Source of the DNA: a virus
Strand: one strand, 5' to 3'
DNA: 37,646 nt
UHGV virus genome: UHGV-0149030
The translations under genes were made by a program, and so were the position numbers. Positions 8,005-16,593 of this stretch are shown here, piece after piece. Each line of letters starts with the position of its first letter. Within the stretch, counting starts at the first letter, position 1. The notes under the pieces are model-generated. The model saw only the letters and a list, made by a program, of their open reading frames with translations. It made no database searches and was not told the origin of the DNA.

Positions 8005-8053
8005 ATAAATATCACCTCACTTAAAAATATTATACCAAGAAAGGAACATAAAT

Positions 8054-9070
8054 ATGAGTAACGATTTAACACAAATGACACAACGCTCTTTAGATGAACA
8101 AGTCATCGGAAATTTAAATAGATTGCAAGAGCAAGGATTAGAAATGCCGCCAGGCTATAGCCCGCAGAATGCTTTGAAAAGTGCTTTCTTTGAACTAACC
8201 AACAATTCAGGAGGGAACCTTCTTCAGTTGGCAGCTAACAATCCAGAAACTAAAACATCTATTTCTAACGCCTTGCTTGATATGGTCATCCAAGGATTAT
8301 CACCAGCTAAAAAACAATGTTATTTCATTAAATATGGAAATAAAGTCCAGCTTATGCGTTCATATTTCGGAACCATGGCTGTATTAGATCGAGTAACAGG
8401 AGGGGCAGATATCACGCCGGTTGTAGTAAGAGAAGGAGATGTATTTGAAATTGCTATGGACGGCCCCGACTTAGTTGTTGCTAAACATGACACATCCTTC
8501 GAAAACCTAGACAACGACATCAAGGCTGCTTATGTGGTTATTAAGCTAGCAAATGGTAAAGAAGTAACAACGGTCATGACAAAGAAACAAATTGATAAGT
8601 CATGGAGTAAAGCAAAAACAAAAAATGTTCAAAACGATTTCCCAGAAGAAATGGCAAAAAGAACTGTCATCAATCGAGCTGCTAAATATTTAATCAATAC
8701 TAGTAACGATAATGATTTATTTGTGCAAGCTGCTAAAGACACACTCGAAAATGAATTCGAACGAAAAGATGTGACACCAGAGCGAGAAGAGCAAGCTGCG
8801 GTACTTGAAGAAAAACTATTTTCCAACAATAAAAAAGCTGTTGATCAAGAAAACGATAATGAACGAATTACACGTGTAGCTGATGTACCAGGGCAACCCG
8901 ATATTGAACAAGCCAAACCAATTGAAAAAGAAGATTTAACGAAAGTGGCGGACCAAATTTTAGAAGAACCAGTTCAGGAAACTTTGGATGTAATGGCTGG
9001 TTATGAAACCAATCAGAAAGAGAGTGAATCTGATGTCTCAACGATTGAAGAAGACGATTATCCTTTCTGA
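8054..9070 (+). CDS. recT: RecT-family single-strand annealing protein
   Basis: 338 aa with an acidic C-terminus. Sequence and size resemble phage RecT, and a partner PD-(D/E)XK nuclease follows. Assigned by recognition, not searched. Confidence 0.65.
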   Translation: MSNDLTQMTQRSLDEQVIGNLNRLQEQGLEMPPGYSPQNALKSAFFELTNNSGGNLLQLAANNPETKTSISNALLDMVIQGLSPAKKQCYFIKYGNKVQLMRSYFGTMAVLDRVTGGADITPVVVREGDVFEIAMDGPDLVVAKHDTSFENLDNDIKAAYVVIKLANGKEVTTVMTKKQIDKSWSKAKTKNVQNDFPEEMAKRTVINRAAKYLINTSNDNDLFVQAAKDTLENEFERKDVTPEREEQAAVLEEKLFSNNKKAVDQENDNERITRVADVPGQPDIEQAKPIEKEDLTKVADQILEEPVQETLDVMAGYETNQKESESDVSTIEEDDYPF

Positions 9071-9848
9071 TGAAAATTATTATTCACAAGAAGCGGACCT
9101 ATCTTATATGTCTGTCTCTCAATATAAAAAATTTCTGGAATGTGAAGCTGCAGCTCTTGCCAAGTTAAAAGGCGAATGGACACCAGTTAGTGATCCAAAA
9201 GCATTGCTAGTTGGTAATTATGTTCATTCTTACTTTGAATCACCAGAAATTCATGAAGCATTTAAAAAAGAAAACAAAAGCAAGATGTTTTCTTCAAGAA
9301 AGCCGTTTGGGCTACTGAAAGATTTCCAAATTGCCGAGCAGATGATTGAAAGATTAAAACAAGAAGAAGCCTTTTTAAATATTTATCAAGGCGAAAAAGA
9401 AGTGATCGTCACAGGTGAAATCGGCGGTGCAATGTGGAAAGGGAAAATTGATTGTTTGAATTTAGAAGAAAAGTATTTTGTAGACATCAAAACAACCAAA
9501 GATATGCATGAGAAGAAATGGGATGAACGTTTAAACAGAAAAGCAAACTTCATTGAACGCTTCGGTTACGTGTTACAAATGACAGTTTATTGTGAACTGC
9601 TTCGCCAACAATATGACAAAAATTTTCTTCCTCTCATTGCAGCAGTTTCGAAACAAACACCTAGTGAAGCAAAACTAATCACTCTTAGCGAAGAAAAAAT
9701 GATTTGCGAATTAGAAGAATTAAAAGAAAACATCGAGCATGTTGTGCGAGTGAAAAACGGCGAAGAAGAACCAGTTAGTTGTGGAACTTGTGAATATTGT
9801 AGAGGACACAACAAAATTACAAATTTTACCAGTATGGACGATTTATAG
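9033..9848 (+). CDS. PD-(D/E)XK nuclease with Cas4/RecB-like Fe-S cysteines (phage exonuclease partner of RecT)
   Basis: Cas4-like N-terminal S..S..FLEC, core ..GKIDCL..VDIKTTKD.. (D..D/ExK), C-terminal CGTCEYC. The start is uncertain: 9003, 9033 and 9108 are candidates. Confidence 0.6.
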   Translation: MSQRLKKTIILSDENYYSQEADLSYMSVSQYKKFLECEAAALAKLKGEWTPVSDPKALLVGNYVHSYFESPEIHEAFKKENKSKMFSSRKPFGLLKDFQIAEQMIERLKQEEAFLNIYQGEKEVIVTGEIGGAMWKGKIDCLNLEEKYFVDIKTTKDMHEKKWDERLNRKANFIERFGYVLQMTVYCELLRQQYDKNFLPLIAAVSKQTPSEAKLITLSEEKMICELEELKENIEHVVRVKNGEEEPVSCGTCEYCRGHNKITNFTSMDDL

Positions 9849-9862
9849 GAGGTGCATAACGA

Positions 9863-10618
9863 ATGAATACTGGATATATAAAATTGTATCGAAAAGTGAC
9901 TAATTCATTCGTTTGGACCAATTCCGATATGTTCAAGCTTTGGATACTTTGTTTAATGAAAGCAAGTCATGAAGACAGGAAGTTTTTGTTTAATGGTCAA
10001 GAAGTACGCTTGACAAGCGGACAATTCGTCACGGGAGCCCATGCGATAGCAAAAGAGTACAACGAAGGAGTGTCGAGTGACAAAGCGATTGCATGGCGAA
10101 CGCTATGGAGATGGCTTAAGAAATTTGAAAATGAAGAATTATTGACAATCCAGTCAAACGCTAGATACAGCGTTATAACAATAAAAAATTGGTCTGATTA
10201 TCAATCAGGTGACAAGCCGTTGTCAAGCCAAAGACAATCGAGTGACAAGCCATTGACAACATACAAGAATGAAAAGAATGATAAGAATGAAAAGAATGTT
10301 GTAGTAGTAGAAGAGCAGCAGTCAGTTTTTCAACTTTATCAATCAATTTTCGGAATGCTAAATTCGGTCACTACTCAAAATTTAGAGTACTGGTGTAATG
10401 ATTTATCAACTGAATTAGTAAGTGAAGCTTTAAAAATTTCCGCAAAATCAAATGCTAGAAATTTCAAATATACAGAAAGCATTTTGAGAAATTGGGAACA
10501 AGAAGGCGTTAAAACTTTAGATGATGTAAAAGCATTAGCCGTAAAAAGAGAACGTACTACAACCAAGCAACAGAAATCAAACACAGGTCATTCGGATTAC
10601 GATGATCTTGGATTTTAG
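9863..10618 (+). CDS. DnaD-like replisome organizer / replication initiation protein
   Basis: N-terminal winged-helix-like domain. The C-terminal DnaD/DnaB_2-type domain ..YTESILRNWEQEGVKTLDDVKA is the family signature. Confidence 0.75.
   Translation: MNTGYIKLYRKVTNSFVWTNSDMFKLWILCLMKASHEDRKFLFNGQEVRLTSGQFVTGAHAIAKEYNEGVSSDKAIAWRTLWRWLKKFENEELLTIQSNARYSVITIKNWSDYQSGDKPLSSQRQSSDKPLTTYKNEKNDKNEKNVVVVEEQQSVFQLYQSIFGMLNSVTTQNLEYWCNDLSTELVSEALKISAKSNARNFKYTESILRNWEQEGVKTLDDVKALAVKRERTTTKQQKSNTGHSDYDDLGF
10208..10298. repeat. Iteron cluster (putative ori) inside the replisome-organizer gene: two 19-bp GTGACAAGCCRTTGWCAA repeats followed by four tandem 9-mers AAAGAATGA
   Basis: ggtgacaagccgttgtcaagcc ... 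agtgacaagccattgacaaca ... aagaatgaaaagaatgataagaatgaaaagaatg. Confidence 0.55.
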
Positions 10619-10629
10619 GAAGTGAAAGA

Positions 10630-11469
10630 ATGCAGTCAGCATCAGATGGATTTTCAAAAATGATTAAAACGTTACTTTATATTACACCTGATCCATGTCC
10701 AGATTGCGGAGGAAATCTTTATGCTTGGCGTGCAAAAAACAAGGATGGGTCCGATAGATGTCCGCCAACTTGTATGGAATGCGGATATAAAGCACGTAAA
10801 AAAGCAGAAGACCTCGAAACAGAGAAAATGTTTAACGATAGTTTGAAAGCCAGAGCGATTAATTACTTGAAGTACAGCTCTCTTTATACCGACAAAAATT
10901 TAATTAATTGTCGTTTTAAAACATACAAAACAGTAGACACAGAAACTAAGCTTGCTTTTGAAATTGCAAATCGAGCCACAACTGAAATTCTTTTGAATAA
11001 ACCAATTCATATGATTCTTTCAGGCAAAAGTGGTGTTGGTAAAAGTCATTTAGCTATGTCAACGGCTTGGGAAGTGTTGGAGAAATCAAACTATGATAAA
11101 CGCTGCTTATTTATTAGCTATGCGGAACTCTTAGAACAACTAAAATTTGCGATGAAAGATGAACAAGCCAGAAAGACAATAACAGGAACCTTAATGGCAG
11201 AGATAAAAAGCGCTGATTTAGTTGTTTTGGACGACTTAGGGGCCGAGTTAGGCGTTAAAGGGAATGACAGTACCAACTTCAATAATGACACCTTAAATCG
11301 CATTGTAGAAGCTCGGCAGAATAAAGCAACAGTATTTACAACGAACTTAACAGGTAAAGAAATGAGTCAAGCTTATGGGGAGAGAATCCTTTCTCGCATC
11401 ATGAGTAATTCACAAGGTTTTGTGATGAAAATTGAGGGAACATCGGATAAGCGAGTATCAGGTATCTAA
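10630..11469 (+). CDS. DnaC/IstB-like AAA+ helicase loader with an N-terminal zinc ribbon
   Basis: CPDCGG..CPPTCMECG; Walker A SGKSGVGKSHLA; Walker B LVVLDDLG. Confidence 0.8.
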   Translation: MQSASDGFSKMIKTLLYITPDPCPDCGGNLYAWRAKNKDGSDRCPPTCMECGYKARKKAEDLETEKMFNDSLKARAINYLKYSSLYTDKNLINCRFKTYKTVDTETKLAFEIANRATTEILLNKPIHMILSGKSGVGKSHLAMSTAWEVLEKSNYDKRCLFISYAELLEQLKFAMKDEQARKTITGTLMAEIKSADLVVLDDLGAELGVKGNDSTNFNNDTLNRIVEARQNKATVFTTNLTGKEMSQAYGERILSRIMSNSQGFVMKIEGTSDKRVSGI

Positions 11470-11607
11470 AATGTTGTTTTTAGCGAATATATTCAGCTTA
11501 GGACAGTTTTACAATCAAGTGAATATAAATAGATGCAAAGAAAGAAAAACGGCTTAAAACGCATTTTAAAGCCTTAAAAACAAATCGATAGAAAGGGGAA
11601 TCATTCA

Positions 11608-11877
11608 ATGCCGTATGTAGTGAAAATTTCAGCCTATCTTGGCAAAGATGGTCGACCAGTAGCCAATTTAAAAGATGCTGTGCTATTTGAGCATAAAGAG
11701 ACAGCAGCTATTGCAACAATCGTATCTGGCGGAACCGTTTCAGAAGTAAAGGAAGCCATCATAATGCCAGAAAAACCGAATAGGTATACAGCAAAATCTA
11801 CCAAAGTAGATTTAAAAAAGGAACCAATTGAAAAAGCAACAAAAGATAACCAAGCTTGGATGAAAGGGGCTAAATGA
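11608..11877 (+). CDS. Hypothetical protein
   Basis: ORF with RBS AAAGGGGAA. Confidence 0.45.
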   Translation: MPYVVKISAYLGKDGRPVANLKDAVLFEHKETAAIATIVSGGTVSEVKEAIIMPEKPNRYTAKSTKVDLKKEPIEKATKDNQAWMKGAK

Positions 11878-12047
11878 GAATGAAGTGTGTTAGATGTCAA
11901 GATCAGCGTGTTATTTGGGGAAAAGACAGATTTAATTATGCAACACCTATTCCTTGTCCTGAATGCAACAAAGATGGAAAAGCAGTTCGAGCGGAAACTG
12001 CTACCAAAGAAAGGGAGTTAAAACAATGCAATCCCCAACAGCCCTGA
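11874..12047 (+). CDS. Small zinc-ribbon protein (57 aa), not in the ORF track
   Basis: ATGA overlap with the previous gene. MRMKCVRCQDQRVIWGKDRFNYATPIPCPECNKDGK has two CxxC pairs. Confidence 0.4.
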   Translation: MRMKCVRCQDQRVIWGKDRFNYATPIPCPECNKDGKAVRAETATKERELKQCNPQQP

Positions 12048-12496
12048 ATAAACGAGGAAACAAAGTCACGATTGATGGTTACACATTTGATAGCCAGAAG
12101 GAAGCTAACTTTTATACAAAGTTTGTCAAAAATTGTGGGTTACCTTTTGAAGTTCATCCGCGTTTTAAACTAACCGAACTTACACCAACTGCGGATGGTA
12201 TAGGTAAAATTTCGGCGATAGCTTACTCACCTGATTTCATCATAAAAAACTTAGATGGGAGTTGGAGACATGTCATTGATATTAAAAACTCTTTTGGCGT
12301 GTATGGTATTGACCAATCCGTTAAGCTTCGTTTTCGTCTATTTGCCCTTAGATATGGTCATCCAGTTGAAGCGATTGTTGTTCGTGCTAGAGATTTTAAA
12401 GTGATCACACAAGGTGTAACTAAGCCTTTAAACGAAAAAAGACCATTCATAACCGATAATTTCGATTACGAATGGAAAGATGCAACTAATTATTAA
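12025..12496 (+). CDS. DUF1064-like phage protein (hypothetical)
   Basis: Start chosen at MQSPTALNK, preceded by AAAGGGAG. The VTIDGYTFDSQKEANFY motif resembles DUF1064. The track ORF starts at 11963. Confidence 0.45.
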
Positions 12497-12515
12497 ACGA
12501 AAGTAGGAAAATAAA

Positions 12516-13124
12516 ATGACAAAACAAGTAAATTTTAGACCAGAAGTGAAAAAAGTGACATCTAAATCAAACGGAAATATCGAAGTGCTATTAGTGGTTA
12601 GCAACGCTTCATTAAAAGGAAAATATGAAAGTTTAAACGAATTTTTAGGTAAAACAGTATCAACGACCATTGAGCCAGAAACAGTAGAATACAAGGTACC
12701 AGTTAACAAGCAGACGAATAAGCCAAATGTCGAATACGTTGTAAACAACGACGGAACAGTTGAAGTTCTAAAAGAAGAACAAACTTCTTTAGAAATGGGC
12801 GATGATGTGCAAGGAGTCGAAGAAGTTGCTGTGCAAGTATCGAAAGAAACCATTGACGAATTCATCAAGAAAGCAACGACTATCGAATGGCCAGAATCAG
12901 TAACAATCAACGTTCGTGGCGTGTTGCATCGAATCGATGAAGGGGAAGCGCTAGAAGAAATTGCAGCTGATCATGATGTTTCAGTTGATAATCTAATCAA
13001 TCAAGTAGAAATCGCACGCCAACATTTTGCACCGTTTGCAGATTCTTGGAGCAAAAACAAAGAGAACATCATTTTCCCTGAAAAGACAGTTGAAGATGAT
13101 GAAGAAGAAAACGGAAGGGGTTAA
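12516..13124 (+). CDS. Hypothetical protein with an acidic C-terminus and a possible LysM-like segment (..GEALEEIAADHDVSVDNLINQ..)
   Basis: ORF; the 160-aa antisense ORF 12428..12910 is rejected. Confidence 0.5.
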   Translation: MTKQVNFRPEVKKVTSKSNGNIEVLLVVSNASLKGKYESLNEFLGKTVSTTIEPETVEYKVPVNKQTNKPNVEYVVNNDGTVEVLKEEQTSLEMGDDVQGVEEVAVQVSKETIDEFIKKATTIEWPESVTINVRGVLHRIDEGEALEEIAADHDVSVDNLINQVEIARQHFAPFADSWSKNKENIIFPEKTVEDDEEENGRG

Positions 13125-13129
13125 AGGAT

Positions 13130-13522
13130 ATGTGCTATTACGATATAAACTATGGTGAATACGATCACTTTAAAGAATTGTTGATAAATAAACGTATTGT
13201 GGAATGGAATGAAGACAGTCTAATTTTGGAAGATGGAACAGAAATTACTATAGAGTGTTCTGAACAAGACTGCTGTGCGGGAGCTTATGGCAAATTTAAA
13301 AATGTAAAATTGGATGCTATGATAACGGATGTTTCTTTGCCGCAAATTACCAATATTCCAGATGACGATACGATTGTTAACCAAGCAAAAGTTACAATTT
13401 TTCACAACCAAAATCCAATTGCTATTGCTGATTTTTATGCTGATGCTGGCAATGGTGGCTATTACTATAGTGTTGCCTCTTTTGTTATTAAAGATGTTCA
13501 CTATAAAGTTGTTGAAGCATAA
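13130..13522 (+). CDS. Hypothetical protein
   Basis: ORF with RBS GGAAGGGG. Confidence 0.45.
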   Translation: MCYYDINYGEYDHFKELLINKRIVEWNEDSLILEDGTEITIECSEQDCCAGAYGKFKNVKLDAMITDVSLPQITNIPDDDTIVNQAKVTIFHNQNPIAIADFYADAGNGGYYYSVASFVIKDVHYKVVEA

Positions 13523-13531
13523 CGAAAGTGA

Positions 13532-13738
13532 GTGTTCATTTTGCTGGAGATTTATTATACGCCAACATCAGCAATAATTGCGGATGCATTGGCTAAAACA
13601 TATGAAGTCGTTTCTTTAGAAACAGCTAGAAATATTGCCAAGAAATTTAAGGCTAGTTTAAAGCAGAAAACGGACCTTTATGTGATTGAGGGAATTTTGA
13701 TTGATGCTGGTTATAAAAAAGAGTCAGTGAATTTGTAG
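13532..13738 (+). CDS. Hypothetical small protein (GTG start)
   Basis: ORF only. Confidence 0.3.
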   Translation: MFILLEIYYTPTSAIIADALAKTYEVVSLETARNIAKKFKASLKQKTDLYVIEGILIDAGYKKESVNL

Positions 13739-13789
13739 AAGGGAGTGGAGGTTTGGTCGACCACAAAGAATTCTTTACTCCTTTGAAAT

Positions 13790-14986
13790 ATGAAATTTTT
13801 AGATTTATTTGCAGGCATTGGCGGTTTCCGTTTAGGGATGGAATCAGCCGGTCACGAATGCATAGGTTTTTGTGAAATAGATAAGTTCGCACGAACTAGC
13901 TATAAAGCAATCCATGACACAACAGGAGAGGTGGAAATGCATGACATCACAACAATATCAGATGAATTTATTCGGGGAATCGGAAGTGTTGACGTTATCT
14001 GTGGAGGATTTCCGTGCCAAGCTTTCTCGATTGCAGGAAAACGAAAAGGTTTTGAAGATACTCGAGGAACTCTCTTCTTTGAAATTGCAAGGTTCGCATC
14101 TATTCTCAGACCACGCTATTTATTCCTTGAGAACGTCAAAGGATTGCTTAACCACGAAGGAGGGGCTACGTTCGAGACAATCCTCAGAGCCTTGGATGAA
14201 CTCGGGTATGATGTGGAATGGCAAGTGCTTAACTCTAAAGACTACGTACCACAGAACAGGGAGCGAGTATTCATTATCGGACATCTTAGAGGAGAACGTA
14301 CCAGAAAAGTATTTCCTTTCGAGAGAAAAAACGGAACAACTGCTAAAAACAATATAAAACCTATCAACAATTCAAAAAAGACTAGGGAATTGCTTAACTT
14401 CGATAGTACTAACAGATTTTACGATGTTAATGGTATTAGCCCTTGTTTAAATACTATGCAAGGTGGAGATAGAGAGCCAAAGATTGCAGTGGTAGGCAAT
14501 GTGAATCCTAGCGGCTCAGGGATGAACGGTCAAGTTTATTCAAGCAATGGGTTAGCACCTACTCTAACAACAAATAAAGGAGAAGGGGCAAAAATTGCAA
14601 TACCTGTCTTAACTCCTGATCGAGTAGAAAAAAGACAAAACGGAAGACGGTTTAAAGATGATGGCGAAGAAATGTTCACGTTAACTGCACAAGATAAACA
14701 TGGAGTAGCTATTATTCAGAAATCTAGTGGTTATAACGATGGAGGGATATATAAAGTTGCCCCAACTGTAACATCTAATAGTTGGCATGAAAATAACTTT
14801 TTAAAAGATAGTATTAGAATTCGCAAACTAACACCTCGTGAATGTTGGAGGCTTCAAGGATTTCCTGACTGGGCGTTTGATAAAGCAAAAGAAGTAAACA
14901 GCGATAGTCAGTTATATAAGCAAGCTGGAAATAGTGTAACAGTACCAGTCATTGCTGATATTGCCAGTAGATTAGAAAGCGAGTGA
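13790..14986 (+). CDS. DNA (cytosine-5)-methyltransferase, orphan
   Basis: Motif I LDLFAGIGGF, motif IV GGFPCQAFSIAG, motif VI ENVKGL, motif X QAGNSVTVPV. No restriction endonuclease gene is adjacent. Confidence 0.9.
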   Translation: MKFLDLFAGIGGFRLGMESAGHECIGFCEIDKFARTSYKAIHDTTGEVEMHDITTISDEFIRGIGSVDVICGGFPCQAFSIAGKRKGFEDTRGTLFFEIARFASILRPRYLFLENVKGLLNHEGGATFETILRALDELGYDVEWQVLNSKDYVPQNRERVFIIGHLRGERTRKVFPFERKNGTTAKNNIKPINNSKKTRELLNFDSTNRFYDVNGISPCLNTMQGGDREPKIAVVGNVNPSGSGMNGQVYSSNGLAPTLTTNKGEGAKIAIPVLTPDRVEKRQNGRRFKDDGEEMFTLTAQDKHGVAIIQKSSGYNDGGIYKVAPTVTSNSWHENNFLKDSIRIRKLTPRECWRLQGFPDWAFDKAKEVNSDSQLYKQAGNSVTVPVIADIASRLESE

Positions 14987-15420
14987 AGAAAATGATTCCA
15001 AAATTTAGAGCGTGGGATAAGCGAGAAAACACAATGAGAGATGTAGCTGTCTTACATTTTACTAAAGGTGGTAAGGTCAACAGTATCGAATATTGGAAGA
15101 CACCTTCCGAATTGAAATCATACCATGTACGAAATTTAGTCTTCATGCAATCAACAGGCTTGAAAGACAAGAACGGCGTTGAAATTTTTGAGGGTGATAT
15201 TTTGAAAATAATAGAATTAACAAATGAAGGTATTTCAGAATACATTACTGATGTTATTTGGGAAGACTGTTCATTCGTGTTTAAAAGTGAGGGTGTAGAA
15301 TACTATGACTCTTTTTTAGGGGCATTTTCAGGAGATCCAAATACGACATACCCACTTTTTGAACTATTAGTCATCGGAAATGTCTACGAAAATCCAGAAT
15401 TATTGGAGGAAGCGGAATGA
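14983..15420 (+). CDS. YopX-family phage protein
   Basis: N-terminal MIPKFRAWDK signature. The alternative ATG at 14992 is the likelier start. Confidence 0.65.
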   Translation: MKKMIPKFRAWDKRENTMRDVAVLHFTKGGKVNSIEYWKTPSELKSYHVRNLVFMQSTGLKDKNGVEIFEGDILKIIELTNEGISEYITDVIWEDCSFVFKSEGVEYYDSFLGAFSGDPNTTYPLFELLVIGNVYENPELLEEAE

Positions 15421-15635
15421 GTATGAGTATTCAACCAGGAGACAAAGTAAAGTATATCGGCAAAGGAGTTCCGCAATATACAAACCAATTTTTGGTGGTA
15501 AAAACAGTATTAGAAAAAGGGTTGATTCTTGAATTTCCCGAGAAAGACAAAAGAAAAGTTGCTCTTGAAGGCGGAGGCATTTGGAACATGAACTCATTAG
15601 TTTGCGGATTTAACGAAGTGGAGGAACAGCGATGA
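15417..15635 (+). CDS. Hypothetical protein
   Basis: ORF with overlapping start and stop. Confidence 0.4.
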   Translation: MSMSIQPGDKVKYIGKGVPQYTNQFLVVKTVLEKGLILEFPEKDKRKVALEGGGIWNMNSLVCGFNEVEEQR

Positions 15636-15829
15636 ATAAGCGCCAAAAAAATAAGCAATTAAAAAAATGGCTAATTAAAAACGGGTATCCAGACAAAAAA
15701 GTAAAACTTTATTGTGTAGAATGCGACAACAGATTAAGTCTTAAAAATGAATACCATAAAAGATATATGGTATGTAATGAATTGTGCTATATGCACAGTG
15801 TGGGATTTAGCTTGAGTGATTTTCTATGA
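15632..15829 (+). CDS. Small Cys-rich (zinc-binding-like) protein
   Basis: YCVECDN..CNELC. Starts inside the 21-bp repeat TGGAGGAACAGCGATGAATAA. Confidence 0.4.
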   Translation: MNKRQKNKQLKKWLIKNGYPDKKVKLYCVECDNRLSLKNEYHKRYMVCNELCYMHSVGFSLSDFL

Positions 15830-15847
15830 AAGAATGGAGGAACAGCG

Positions 15848-16051
15848 ATGAATAAACAAGAAATAGTGCTAAGTGAAGCAGATATTCAAAGCATTATTAA
15901 CGGTCGTGAAGTTATCAGAAAAGTTGCTGATAATACAATCGTCATCAGACAAAGCTATTTAAAAGATCTCATTGCACCAGTTTTAAACGATAGATTCGTA
16001 GTGAAAGACACTAATCTTACTAACAATTTTTTTAAAGGAGGAGCACTATGA
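15848..16051 (+). CDS. Hypothetical protein
   Basis: Starts inside the second copy of the 21-bp repeat. Confidence 0.4.
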   Translation: MNKQEIVLSEADIQSIINGREVIRKVADNTIVIRQSYLKDLIAPVLNDRFVVKDTNLTNNFFKGGAL

Positions 16052-16173
16052 ATAAACAAAAAGTAATTAACACAATTTACGGACAATATACAGGTGATGT
16101 CCATGTCGCAGAAATAACGTACATTACAGATTATGCCCAACAAGATGGCTATGTAGTGCTGGGGATTAAGTGA
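16048..16173 (+). CDS. Small hypothetical protein (41 aa)
   Basis: RBS AAAGGAGGAG, ATGA overlap. Confidence 0.3.
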   Translation: MNKQKVINTIYGQYTGDVHVAEITYITDYAQQDGYVVLGIK

Positions 16174-16186
16174 GGAGGATCAATAG

Positions 16187-16372
16187 ATGAAACGCAACTG
16201 GAAAAGAGCAATAAATAAATTTAGCGGCATCGCAATAATGATTCTTGTAGCAAAAGCAACCGTGAGCCATTTCGTGTATGGAAATTCCATAACAAGCAGT
16301 GACCTCGTTTATTTCCTTTCATGCTCTTTTATTTTTGGATTAGGGCTATATTTAGGAGGTTCCAGTGTATGA
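16187..16372 (+). CDS. Small membrane protein
   Basis: RBS GAGGAGG. Two hydrophobic helices. Confidence 0.4.
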   Translation: MKRNWKRAINKFSGIAIMILVAKATVSHFVYGNSITSSDLVYFLSCSFIFGLGLYLGGSSV

Positions 16373-16593
16373 GTTATCCAGAAGTTTATATCTTAGGAAG
16401 GCAAGTCGATGGCGTTTATGTTGAGTATTCAGAGCCATATCTTTCAAAAAAAGAAGCTGAATTTGATAAGCATCACTATGAAATGGGCCAATTAATGTCA
16501 CATGATGCTGGCTCTTGGAAAATTTTAAAGTATGGCAGACCAATAACGGTCGAATTAAACAATAAAAAAGCCAACCGACCACTGGTTGACTAA
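16369..16593 (+). CDS. Hypothetical protein
   Basis: Start chosen at MSYPEVY, preceded by GGAGG. The track ORF starts at 16321. Confidence 0.4.
   Translation: MSYPEVYILGRQVDGVYVEYSEPYLSKKEAEFDKHHYEMGQLMSHDAGSWKILKYGRPITVELNNKKANRPLVD

Noticed and set aside
11548-11572. ggcttaaaacgcattttaaagcc hairpin in the 11470..11607 gap
   Set aside because: AU-rich stem with a bulge and no following U-tract. Could be a minor structure but is insufficient to call.
12428-12910. 160-aa minus-strand ORF
   Set aside because: Completely overlaps the plus-strand gene 12516..13124, which has a proper RBS and fits the operon. Low-complexity S/T/F-rich translation typical of antisense frames.
13914-14357. 147-aa ORF in an alternative frame inside the methyltransferase gene
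   Set aside because: Nested in the MTase, whose frame carries all the catalytic motifs. No independent RBS.
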